DNA of 64,000 nucleotides from Perkinsus olseni (Eukaryota): NCBI GenBank assembly GCA_013115125.1, contig JABANN010000002.1, positions 1 to 64,000 of the forward strand, read 5' to 3'. Shown piece by piece: positions 38,801 to 50,327 of this stretch (position 1 is its first letter; each line of letters starts with the position of its first letter). The notes under the pieces were generated by a model. It saw only the letters and a program-made list of their open reading frames with translations, ran no database searches and was not told where the DNA came from. The position numbers and the translations under genes were made by a program.

Positions 38801-39571
38801 CAGCACGCTCTATTCTGCGTGTAAGGCGAATAAGGCGAATGCTGTCAAGTGGCTTCTGGGCCCCAAGAGCGGATGTAAAGGTCAGTTTCCGCCAAGCGAC
38901 TTGGCCGGTTGCCTCTCGGTGGCCTGCGGGATGGTAAAGTCGAAGAACATAGTGAGTGTACTGATGCCGTTGGTGAAGGTGCCCAGTGCGGAGGAGGGGA
39001 AATATTACGGCTCTTGCCTGCAAAGCGCGTTAGAGGTCGGCAACAGCGACGTTTGCCTCATGCTCATCGAGACATTGGTTGAGAAGATAGACTTCCAGTA
39101 CGTGGAGCCCTGGAGCTCCTTTTTGCTCTACTATGTCACCAAGATAGGTGATGTTGGTAGCTTGAAGCGAGTGCTGCTATTCCTAGTGCCCAATTTCGAC
39201 CTCCTAGGGTCAGTCGGCTGCGATGCTCGACGTGATGCAGCAGATTCGCTGATGAGCACCCTAGACCTTTCGGCATGTCAAACGGCATTGCAAGACATGA
39301 CGGATAAGGTGCAGGAGAAATTGAGGCAAACGCCCGAAGACAAGAAGTTGTTGAAGGAGGAAGCGAGATTGGAGGAGTTGACAGATGTCATTTCGGACCT
39401 CGAGACGAGGCTTGTTGACATCTCAGAGGAGCAGAAGCCCCAGATGGCTGATCGCATACTCGGTGCGGCAACTCCGAGGGCCTGGGCCTCGTCTCGCGCG
39501 TCGAGATCCTTTTCTGCAACGTCGAGTGGCCGAGCTCGGGGAACAACCCCTTCTTTCCGGAGTTTAATTTG
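29889..39571 (+). CDS. Cyclic-nucleotide-binding K+ channel with C-terminal ankyrin repeats (multi-exon; start uncertain, may be two genes)
   Basis: YLKTWFLIDLVGAFPY, S4 WLRLLRLL, HWGACIW, pore TITTVGYGDI (~33560-33592), CNBD YFAPGDLVFYAGD..MIFVVRG and GDYVGE, and ankyrin repeats (TPLHLAAIRGNIDIV, TALHGAVSAGHADAV). Long low-complexity N-terminal exon 30715-31850. Confidence 0.8.
37180..37301 (-). repeat. Truncated copy of dispersed SINE-like repeat (intronic)
   Basis: GTGTGAGTTTAAAATCCAACGCCGACAGTACGGCTT...CCTGTTGGATAGGCCC is similar to 39731-39836 and 51430-51549. Confidence 0.8.
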
Positions 39572-39724
39572 ACGGCTGCCGCGCCCCTCTACCAACATTG
39601 TATGCATGATTACTGCTGTTCAATAGTTGTACTGGCGATTATGAGACTGTTGTGTTTAGCAAGTTCCCCGCGTCGTGATAGGATCGAGGGTCGAGGATCT
39701 GTAGGAAGGGTGTATTGTTCGAGG

Positions 39725-40026
39725 TTGGCGGCGTGTGAGTTTAGAGTCCAACGACGACAGTACGGCTTAGTCGGACTAGCACCTCCGATGTACCTTTCTG
39801 TGGGGGGTCAGTTTACCCTGTTGAATAGGCCCTGTTGAGGTCGGTAGTCGAGCGAGATGTTGACGAGGCTGGTACCGTCTTTAACGCCACAAGGACTATA
39901 AGAGGAGAATACAGTATTCTCCGATGATGTGAGTAGTGATTTTTTACATACGTGTTTCCGCTTAGGATCGAACTGACAACCTTTGACGTGGAAACTCAAC
40001 GTTTTAACCTGTTCGACTAATAACGC
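39725..40026 (-). mobile_element. Putative tRNA-headed SINE
   Basis: Minus strand begins with a degenerate tRNA (A-box-like TAGTCGAACAGG, anticodon-like arm TTGAG-TTTCCAC-GTCAA, B-box AGTTCGATCC, CGGAAACA) and ends in the ~110-bp segment repeated at 37180 and 51421. Confidence 0.6.
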
Positions 40027-40141
40027 TTGAGAACTGTCGCCGTGCGCGGACTTGGCGTATCGGCGTCGCGCATATCTTGCATTCTTGCAGTCACTTTTCA
40101 TCATTTTGAGTTCAGTTGTCATTACTTTCCCGGGATAACCA

Positions 40142-40820
40142 ATGCCGATCATCGAAGAAGTCGACGGACGTGTCCATTCGGAAGATTCCGATGACACTGA
40201 CGATGAGATGCCGACCCTTGAAACCACTGGGGATGACCCAACCCAGCGAGAACAGCATGCTGCTCGCGGGAAGCTGAACAGGGCCGAGAAGAAGGCCAGA
40301 CGAGCCATACAGAAGCTAGGCTTGAAGCCCGTCCCTGGCATCGTCAGAGTGACCGTCCGCAAGGGCAAGGAGGTGTCGAGTCCCTATCATCATGTTGGGA
40401 GCCTCAGTATGTCTTTTCAGATGCTTTTTGTCATTTCCCAGCCGGACGTGTTGAAGGCCGCCGGCAGCGACACCTACGTTGTTTTCGGCGAGGCGAGGAT
40501 CGAAGATATGTCGGCTATGTCTCAGGTAAGGATACGTATGAGGTCAACCTCCTGCACATCTTGCCTTTCAGGCTGCGGCCGCTTCCCAGTTCACTGGCAT
40601 GCCTGAAGTATCCAAGGTCGACGCTAGTCCTCCACAGATGGCTCCTGAGCCTGCCGAAGAAGAACAAGACGATGATGGTGATGTTGATGACAGCGGTGTT
40701 GAAGCCAAAGACATCGAGTTGGTGATGAGCCAAGTTAACTGCTCGAGGTCGAAGGCCGTGAAAGCTCTGCAGGCTGCCAATAACGATATTGTCGAAGCTA
40801 TCATGCAACTCTCACCGTGA
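40142..40820 (+). CDS. NACA: Nascent polypeptide-associated complex alpha subunit
   Basis: [49 protein letters not shown] and UBA-like C-terminus [30 protein letters not shown]; two introns (~40373-40420, ~40526-40571). Confidence 0.95.
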
Positions 40821-41655
40821 GAGTGCGGGCCATGCGTGAGGGCGAGGAGTTTCTATTTTTCTTCAACTTGTTGTTGCGTGAAGTGGCCTGGGATAGTAGC
40901 TGATTCTGAGTGCGAATCGAAGCAGAGAGTCGAGTAAAAGTCTCGGCCCAGGGACTCCGAAGATGGTAGGGCCGCCACCGGATGGCTTTGCGATCACTCA
41001 AGACTACTAGTACCCTATAGTCCCTGAAAAAGGTTTCCTGGGAACTTTGGAGATTTTCGATGATAATTCTTACCTAATTTTACTTTCGTTATTGACGACT
41101 CACCTCCCGCTACACGAACTAGTTCTAAAATTCCGAGCCTCCGCTGGAATTTATCCTTACACGAAGAGATGCGGAGGTACAATCGACGAATGCATGCTTC
41201 AGAATGGCCTCTTGAGTACCCCCTTAGTGGATCGAAACAACTGTGAGGTCGAGCAGCTTTGGTCTGTGTTGCACTCAGCATGGCGGACGAGGCGAGAGAA
41301 CGATGGTACGAATGTGTCAGCACAACTTTGTTATCCGGAACCAAGAGCCAGCATCTCGTGGTCGTTAGTGTTATCCTTGGGGTTGAGTCTGGAGCGGTCG
41401 TAGGATTGCTAATGATAGGCCACTGAGAAAACAAGGCAATTAATAGAGTTTATCGCTGTATAAAAATTACATTTTATATGTCGATTCACGCTGGACTGCC
41501 AGTCTGTTGGTTAGGACAGTTTTTAGTTGATAAAATAGTTATATCTGTTAGGAACAGATAATTAGGTAATATTACTGTTTTGCTCCTGGAGACCTGTTGA
41601 TATCGAAATGGCTTTGTAAACGATCACTCGAGTAGTTCGGGTTCTTTCCCCTCTC

Positions 41656-44600
41656 ATGTATTCTCATGATTCCGAGGAAGACTATGGCGACGTTGATTTG
41701 CCATCGGAGCTGCTAGCGGCATTGGCCCAGTCGCAGGAGGCCGACTCGGACCCTTTGGAACAGCCTGAGTTTGATGTGGTGGAATATGTTAATGATATGT
41801 TCCCGGATGAAGGCAGCCTGAAGGAGGTTGATGCGAAGTAGTATCTTGGGTTGGACCTTGCTCGCGGTGTGAAAAAAGATACGCTTGTGGTAGGGGAATC
41901 CCGGTCATGAGAAAGGATAAGACGATGAAAATTCGTGCGCGGAATCTCAATCAAGATGAGTGATCGGAGTGAATTTTGTAATTACCTCGGATCAACCTAA
42001 GATGCGGTAGGCGAGCGCCGCTCGTAAGGATCAGTGATATTGAAAAAATCGGTGGTGATGAGAGAGACGAGTTGAAGAATCTTTTGAAATATTCAATAAA
42101 CTTCGTTATGGCGCGCTGTGGTAGTGAACGGCCTGGGAAATTCGTTTTCACCTCGGATCAACCTAAGATGCGTTCGAGCTCAGCACAGCGAGGCCCATAG
42201 GTGCGAGTCCTAAGCAGGATACTTATTTTCGAGGATTGAACACCCCAGTGAGATTACCGAAAGTCGCTCCGGTAGGAGAACTTCCAATCAGGGAGTCCAG
42301 TGATAGTCTTCGTGAAAGCGGACAAAACGAACGTGACAAAAATAACAAGCTCCAGAGGCAGACTTTCGTCCAGAACTGTTTTGGGAGTTGCTACGCTTCG
42401 AAGTTGGTGGTACGTGAAGCATCTTTTCTTTCCGTAACACTCGAGAGTGCAGCATGTAGAAAGGTACGAAGTGATCTACACGTCGACCCGAAGCACATCG
42501 CATAGCTAACGAAAAATGTGGTAGGGGAATTTAAATTGGGGCCTCGGCAATGACACGAGCATGGCAAGAGCATCTCCTCGATCGCGCGCCATTTCGGAAT
42601 CTTTCCGCTCTGTTTGGAGTCGTGGTTACCTAGGTTAGCAAGCATCGAGTCGGAGATATCTGAACTGGATAAGGAGATAGATCGTGGAGTGCGAGACTAC
42701 GCCCAGCGGGCTGTCGATGGCGATGCTGAGAAGGCGTTGAAGGCCGCCACAGCCGGGGTTGAAGAGCTTGACAGTAGTACAGGGTGGTCACGGGAAAAGA
42801 GAAAAATCGGAAAAATGAGGTAGTGTTTTTAATGGTTGGAATTTTCAACTTGGAAATAGTAAAACGAGGAAAACTGACATTTATTCCGTGATTGTTGGTA
42901 AAAATGAAAAATGAGTTTTTTCGTATGGTCGGAAATTTTCCGACGGAAAAAAGAAAAATTGGGTTTTTTGGTGGTTTGAAAAATTACGAATTCGTTATCA
43001 GAAAGTTGAGATTGTTTTCCGATGGTTGGGGAAATTCAAGCCGGCCTGGTGTTGTGTCTAGGGTATGATCCCGTTACTAGTTATGGACCGGGGATCGTGC
43101 GCAGAAGCAAATTCAGGAAAATCGGGAAAACTTAATTTTATGAGTAATTCTGAGTTCTCCATCTTGGAATTTCTGATCATTAGTAGTGTTCATGCGACGG
43201 TCCCGTGTGGGCGTGAACAGCATGGCTGGTCTTTTCCTTGGCCTCGAGTTTACCAGTCCTGATTCCCGCATGGAGCTTCAGTAAACGCTCCAATGACGCA
43301 TAGCTGTCTGGGTGCGATCGAAGAGAGTCTTACAAGTTCTCGATGTCTTCTTTAGTGACCACTTTGGTGGAGTGGGCGGACGGGATTTTGAAAAAAAGAA
43401 TTTCTGATGAATTTTTTGATAAATTTGGGTTGTTCGCCTAGCCTGTGCTCAGGAGGAGTCCGTGAGTGATTGTTGTGAATACTTCGAGCGTCGAGATACT
43501 ATTGACCGCAGGGAAAGGTGCTTTACAAATCGTCAATTTGAAGCGAAACACTTTCAGGTTCGGACGCGGGTTTGCCTTTTTAACTTGTTATAAATAGTTA
43601 TTGGCCCCCCGCTTCGATGAGTCTTTTATCTTTTGTAGTTGATTAAGAATTGCCAACTGCGTTAGTTCGGCTGTTCAACGGCTATCTTCTGAGATTCATC
43701 AGGAGTGCTTTCAGGATGGTCTCTTGCACGTGGAGTTCAATCGTGAGAAGAAGCAACAACATTTCCTCTCCCCGCTGAAATCGAGGAGAGGAAATGTTGT
43801 TGATTAGCTTCCGACTACCCCGGGTGATCAACGATTGGCCCTCTCCTGAGTTCCAAGAGATCCTATTTTAAACGTTAAACTCAATCCTCGGAGTGCGTTT
43901 GCAAACATCCCCCGGTGATGAGTAATTCTCTCATTTTCTCTTGAATAATTCAGATAAAATTAAATCTATCCATTCCCGCGCCCGGGAGTCCGAGGAGCTG
44001 GTCCAATCCGTGTCGGGCGACGTAGCCGCACTTGACGTTGCGAAGAAGCATATCACGGCAACGGTGACGGCTTTGAAGCGGCTGGTGATGTTGGTTAGCG
44101 CAACAGAGCAACTTACTGCATTCGCGGCGGAGAAGCGCTTTGAGCAGGTAATCGAAAGGTCGTGGGTTCGAATCCTGGGAGGGGCAGTTTTTTTTTCAGT
44201 GTACTCCGCTCGTCCTTGCTATTGTTGAACTGTCGGAGATGTTCGAGCCGTTGCGGCCGCGACTACCACAGGTATCTTTCATTCTGAATCGTGCAAGCTT
44301 CAACCTTCTACTTTGCATCTTAGGTTGAGGAGCTGCTGAATCACAAAGATCGTCTGTTGGAAGATCTCAAGGCCGAGTGCCTGGAAGACATTGAGGTGAG
44401 TGTTGTTATTGGGAGATTTCGTCCCGTTTTCGGAATTTTTCTCCCACTTGATCAGGGTAAACTTTTCACGCCTGGATACGACCCTGAGAACAAGGTTGAC
44501 GTTAAGGCCGCTTGTGAAACGGCTGCGGCGATTGGGAAGGAGGTAAAGGATGATGTTATCAGCATGTAAGAAAAATACTCGGTCATGTGAAACTGAGGTA

Positions 44601-47600
44601 TAGCGGAATGTATGCCACCACGGGGCTGAGTCAACAACTCTCCTCTAGGGACACTATCAGTTTTGGTGGCACGCACGCGCATACCACATTTCTCGCATAT
44701 CCAAAGCAAGACTGGGCTGTCGGGGATGTGGAAATTTCGATCGGGACTCTGGCTTCAGCAAGATGGTTCCCATTGCCGCATTGACAGTTTTGGTTGTGTT
44801 TCTTGCGTGGATATCCTTATGTATTAGGTCGATTATGGTTCATCACGAATGAAAAGATATCATCTGACTCATTAGCTCTCTTTTCAGTCTTTCGAATCGT
44901 TGTATCACCAGGCAATCTTCGGGCACATAATTCTGGCTGAGGATTTTTACAGGTACTGTATGAGGCTGCTGAAGGAATATCAAAAACTATTTTCTTTTCC
45001 GGACGGTCAATACTCGACTCTTGAGGACTGCGATAGGAGATTTGCCTGGTTGAGCCGAACTCTTCGACGGTGAGCTGTGCGGGCCGAGCTTCGACCTTGG
45101 ATACCTTCGTCAATAGTGCGCGCTTAGAGCTATAATGCCGCTTGGATCCCGAGTAAACTTAGTTCAAATCGATCAACCGTTTCATGGAGAATATTGTTTA
45201 CTCTCGCTGTGAGCTTTGGCCTAGAGCTTCTTTCTTTAGCACAGTCTGTTTGACGGGTGAAACGCAGTGACGTGAGGATAGCAGGTACAACGCGGAGCAT
45301 CGAGAGTACTTCCCTTCGAAGTGGCGGGTTGATAAGCAACTGTGTTTGCACTATTGTCATCTTACACGACAGCATCTGGTCGATCTTTTGGCGGCTACGG
45401 CAGCGCCGGGGAAGGTGGGTAGGGTTCCTTCGAGGTTATTCATGATTGATGCGAGCGGATGGATACGCTTAAGCGACAATAAACAGGAGTGAACTTCTAG
45501 GAGAAAGCTTTTCTGCTGGTTCTATTATTTAACTAGCAGAACAACATGAAACCAATTTCAAACTTTTTGATGTTTAATATTCGTCAATTGTCGATACGCT
45601 AGTGGCAGCGGTGTGTCCGATAAGATTGGAAATGCTTCGTTCGTCTCGGGCCAGCGAAAAGCAAAAAGTTATTTTGCGTTCGTGCTTTTTGGGTGCGCGC
45701 AGAAGGAACTTCACAGTGGTCGCGCGTGGGGTTTCGTGACGCGTCGCGGCTGCGTGTTGGGAAATTTTCGTGACGAGCGTAATTGATGGTAAGTTTCGGT
45801 GGTGGTTGACGAGTTGGCGGTTTCAGCGGAATCTTGGTTTGTAAATTTACGAAACTTTTTTTCAGACGGAGGATGCTGGCTTACTTTTTCAACTAGCGGT
45901 CAAGAATATTGAGATGGAGAATGATCTAGACAAGCGATATAGCAGAGGAGACGGCGACATGTCCTTCAAAGGCATTGTGTCCAATTGTTTTGAGCCGTAG
46001 GCCGCGGGTTCGATCCCGGGGAGGTGCAACTCGATCAATGCATTCTTTAGCTCCGATTGAGGACATAGACTCTCAGCACTTAATTTGCACGCGAGAACCC
46101 GTGACGGAAATGTTTCTAACTGTGCGCATCTTGATACTCTCCCTCTATGGGACCTAGGTATTGTCAGCCTCGGTAGCTCAGTCGGTAGAGCGCGTGCCTT
46201 TTAAGCCCGTGGTCGTGGGTTCGAGCCCCGCCCGAGGTGTTTCACTTAATTCGCTGGGTATCAACCAGGTACTTGAGTGTTTGGGTGGACCATGAAGAAT
46301 CTTTGCTGTGCACTAGGGTTGACGAAGCTGCTGCGAAGGAGAACCCGGAGATCATGGGGTCCAAGAGAGGTAGGAAAACTCCACTCAAATGCATAGGCCC
46401 ATGTGTATGTGCATGGCCCTCTTGTCTGGCCACACACCGATACACCGCAATAAAAAATCCTTCTCACCAACTCGGGTATAGCCTTCCTGTAACTTACATG
46501 CAGGTGTGTTTTTCCACGCGGACCTCCCTCAGCTTTTTTCACGTTGCAATTCCCTCCTCCCTGTTCGCTCCATACCTGACTTTGTCTCCGAATAGTAAGT
46601 CTAGTTCACCGCTGGTTCTCCTTGTGAGCATAAGTATTGCTTTAGCCGCAGGTCTCTACTTTGGTCTTGAATCTCCCGTGTGCGCATCGCGATCCGTTCA
46701 GGCTCGGTTCCGTCATCAGCGGCCGTCTCGGATGGCGCACAAACTGAGCCGGTCTTTGTTTACACATCAGTGGTCGAACTCTTCACGAAGATGAAAAAAC
46801 TGTTCAAAAACTGCAAGAGCGTGTCTACCAGCAACACGATGTTTTTGCTCTGCGTCAAGAGCTTCCGAGTGGCCCTCGATCGCTACACGGACAAGGTGAG
46901 ACATTGGTCTTTCTCTGACCAGTAGTGATTGAGCCATTTGGATTGCTCCCTCAGTACGGGGCGGCCCAACTGGATGGGAAGAAGATCTTTCTCTGATTTC
47001 TACGAAGCGGTCCAGATGGTTCCGATGATTCTCAGGTTTTATCGTCGAGAGTAAGATCGTCGTCGAGTGATGAACAGATCTACGCGGTTGCTGGCTCTTG
47101 TGTGTGAGTGGCTGGGGTGCTTTCTTTGTACGGGGTTTTCTCATCGAGTTACTTGTATCAACGACAAGAAAAAATGTTTCCATACCAACTTTTCCCCAAC
47201 TTCTCTGCGCAGTTGAGAGTTCCTTGAGCGAAATCCAGGTATATTTTTCCGCTGTTTTCCTTACTCTCCTACGTAGTGGACTGCTTCGGAGCGAATTATG
47301 GACAGGGTGGGGTTACCCGGATAGTTATTCTGTTGTTGTGGTCCTCAGTTACATCACTCAAACCCTCCCTCTCCTGGCAGGCAGCATCAGCGAGACGATT
47401 GATGAGCCCTTGAACTCTCAGATTAACTTTGCCAAGCAGATGGAGGAAGCGGCTGACGTCGAGACTCAAGCGATCGAGTAACCGAAAGCTTCGCTCCGGG
47501 TTTCCTGAGCACTATCCCGTCTGTAAAACTCCTTGTCCTTCTCCTGCTTTCATGTTTGGCCCATGTTACAGCTTCGCTCCACCTTTTTCTTGTACCGTTA

Positions 47601-49899
47601 TTGTTATTCGAGGGCTTCGCTCCGCCTTTTTTGTTAGGCAGTTATCGAGCCGGACGGCGGATCAGTGCATGAGACGCATCACGCAGTTTTTGAAGGACGA
47701 TCGTAAATCGTGGACGTCTGCTGACAGTGCTGATGTCAACGCCGTGGTGGGTGGTGCTCCTTACACGCGAAAACCCCCGTTTTTTTGACAATTTTTCGAC
47801 AAAAAATGGAAGTCAACTGGAACTAGACGGAGAGGAATAAAAATCTTTTTGCTATCTTCGCATCCTTGGGGAGGTCGTGTTCTTTTTGCCCGTCAAGCGC
47901 CTGTTCGAAGACTATCTTTCTTCTCTGGCCCGATGATCGCTTCCAATCGCTGCTCGTCGGATGCTGATTGTCTTATGTTGCTGCTTTTCGTTTTTAGACG
48001 TCCCGAGCTCATCGCAGTTTGACTGCAAATCTTCGGGAGGCGGCCCAGGGCCTGACGGAGCCGCAGTACAGCGCTGTGGCAGAGGGAGTGATGGCGAAGA
48101 TAATAGAGGATTATTGTACTCTGATATTTACTGGCATTAAAGAACCGGTAAGTGGTTCAGCCGAGGATTGAACCGGGGACCCCTCGGTGTATGGTAGGTC
48201 GACTCGACCGAGCGAGTAGAATTGCTGAGTTCCTTGACCGGTGGCCTACAGACGCTGCTGCTGGAGGCGCCGGTTGAAGGAGCATCGGCGGCAGGAGAGA
48301 ACACCATGGAGGCCATGCATGCTTACTCGGCGGTTACGTGCCGCAGGATGCAACTGTGAGAGAGAAAATCTCGCTCGCCCGAAAATGAGCTGACCGTTAA
48401 CTTAGCTTGAATTGGCCAACTGTGAATTTCTGAATTATCTAGTTTATATGTCCAGCGAGATAAACGATCGGCTGATAGATTCGTTTTTGAATTATCTTCT
48501 CGTATCGCGGAGTTAGTATTACTCGTCACTTCTGCGCGTGCATTCCGTGGGCGTTCGGTAGACACTGTGCGCGCTGTAGTAAAGCAGCGGAGTTTGCTTC
48601 TTCGTTGTTGCTCATAGTGAAAATTAGTTTTCGCGGTGCCGGATACACACACTCAGTTCTATAAAGTATTTGCGGACATTTGGACCGAATCTTGGATGGA
48701 TTTTTGCGCATAAAATGCGGTTTCAGAGGAGGTTAATTGAACGCCTTCAAAACTCCTGCGTCGCGCAAGGCCGGTGTGAGAGTGTTGTTTTCGCTCCATC
48801 AGGCCCCTGGCGGTCCTCCGGGCTTTGTCGGTTCAACAGTCGGGCGAAGACGCCATGCGGGTTGAGATTATTCAAGCTCTGTGTGCCGACCGCGAAGATA
48901 CTCCGACCGAAGAGGCCATCGATCAGGTTCGAACTAGTCGCGGAAATCATCGCTGTGCGCAATGCGCATCTTTAGGCCTTGAGTGTTGCGCGGTCGATGC
49001 AGCACGGCGGGGGTATCAGCAGGAGGATTGCGAGAGATGGATCGTCGAGCACCGGTTCGGCCGGGGCTAGCAGTGGCCCAGCGTCTACGAAGGACGGGTC
49101 GCGGTCGGGAACGGATGACGTGGGACCGATGGCTGCTCAATTCGGTAGGTGGACGATTTGGGAAAGTTTTGGTATGGGTATTTTCACACGAGCGCAGGTG
49201 CGGTGTTCACCACTGCTTGGGGTAACATCCAGAGCCAGGTGGACTCAGCACGAACCCACCCGAGTCACCCTGTCGAAGGAAATCAACCCCTCCCTTCCGC
49301 CGCTGAGAACAACAGCAGCGCCAGCAGTAGCTCGTCAGCGGCTGGTAAGTCGATCGTCGTTGGTAGGGAATTATTTCTGCCTCTCGAGAATTTATATTAT
49401 TTTTATCTCCATAGAACTATATATTATTTTTTTGATATCAAAATCCCTATGCTAGGGTTTGTTTTTTTTCGCTCGCCCAGATATATCAGTAACCGTTTCG
49501 ACTACGACCGTTTTGACTAAACATGTGGTGTATCACGATGATGTCTATATCAAGTTGGAGCTTCAGATCTAAACTCACGTGGGGCGGCGAGAAATGGAAA
49601 ATAAAATTTGAATTTGCCTAAGAAAAATTGGTATCATTTTGACATAAATAATCTAGTATTGTGAGAATATCCCTCTTTAGAATATCGTTTGCATATCAAA
49701 CTGGTAAATACAGTGAATAATCCTTGTCGTGGCGTGCAGGATCCTGGTCTGTTCAGGAGCGGGAGTGTCGTTGGGAGTTTCTTCGAATGCAGCGGCGGCG
49801 ATTGGAGACAACGGCCAGGGCGACGTGGCGGCGAAGATGCAGCAGATGTTTAAGAACATAGGCGAACAGTGGAAGACTAAGTTCGTCAACAAACCTTAG
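41656..49899 (+). CDS. VPS53: GARP/EARP complex subunit Vps53 (multi-exon)
   Basis: DPLEQPEFDVVEYVNDMFPDEGSL, LDVAKKHITATVTALKRLVMLV, DRRFAWLSR, FKGIVSNCFEP/YLSVWVD, SVVELF..CKSVS. Confidence 0.9.
43754..43802. repeat. 18-bp inverted repeat (hairpin) in Vps53 intron
   Basis: CAACAACATTTCCTCTCC - 13 nt - GGAGAGGAAATGTTGTTG. Confidence 0.85.
46167..46239 (+). tRNA. tRNA-Lys(UUU), intronic in Vps53
   Basis: 73-nt cloverleaf: acceptor GCCTCGG/CCGAGGT, D-arm GCTC/GAGC, anticodon loop CTTTTAA, T-arm GTGGG-TTCGAGC-CCCGC. One anticodon-stem mismatch and only TTT downstream. Confidence 0.85.
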
Positions 49900-50327
49900 T
49901 GTTTCTACTGTCACTTGCAATCTTGCGTTTCCTTAACGTCTCAATATCCGGATTAGAGGTTGTTATCACGGACGTGATACTGCAAACCGCATAGAACACC
50001 AGTTAGACTGGAGCTAGCCTGCGGTTGATGGGCTCGTTCTCTTCTGGGGTGTTCAACAGATCAACTCCGTAAATCACAATCGACTCTGGAACCGCTCTTG
50101 CAGAGAAAAAATCAAAATGAGCGGTTCCAAAATTGTGGAATTTTGTGGGCGAGGATGTGCTCAGCTCAGCTGAGGGGAGAGAACGCTCCGTGTTGAACGC
50201 GACACAAAAAACACCACCGTGAGAACGACTGATTGAGAAGGCAACACCCGAGTTCTGCCGTCGGGAGTCCGAACTTTCACATGCTGTCATTTTGCCGTCT
50301 GCCGCTTAGCTCCAGAATAGCTTCTTA

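Noticed and set aside
38046-39023. 325-aa antisense ORF
   Set aside because: Mirrors the long ankyrin exon; no recognisable motifs.
47068-47110. C-box-like TGATGA
   Set aside because: Lies in a Vps53 exon (SSSDEQIYAVAG).
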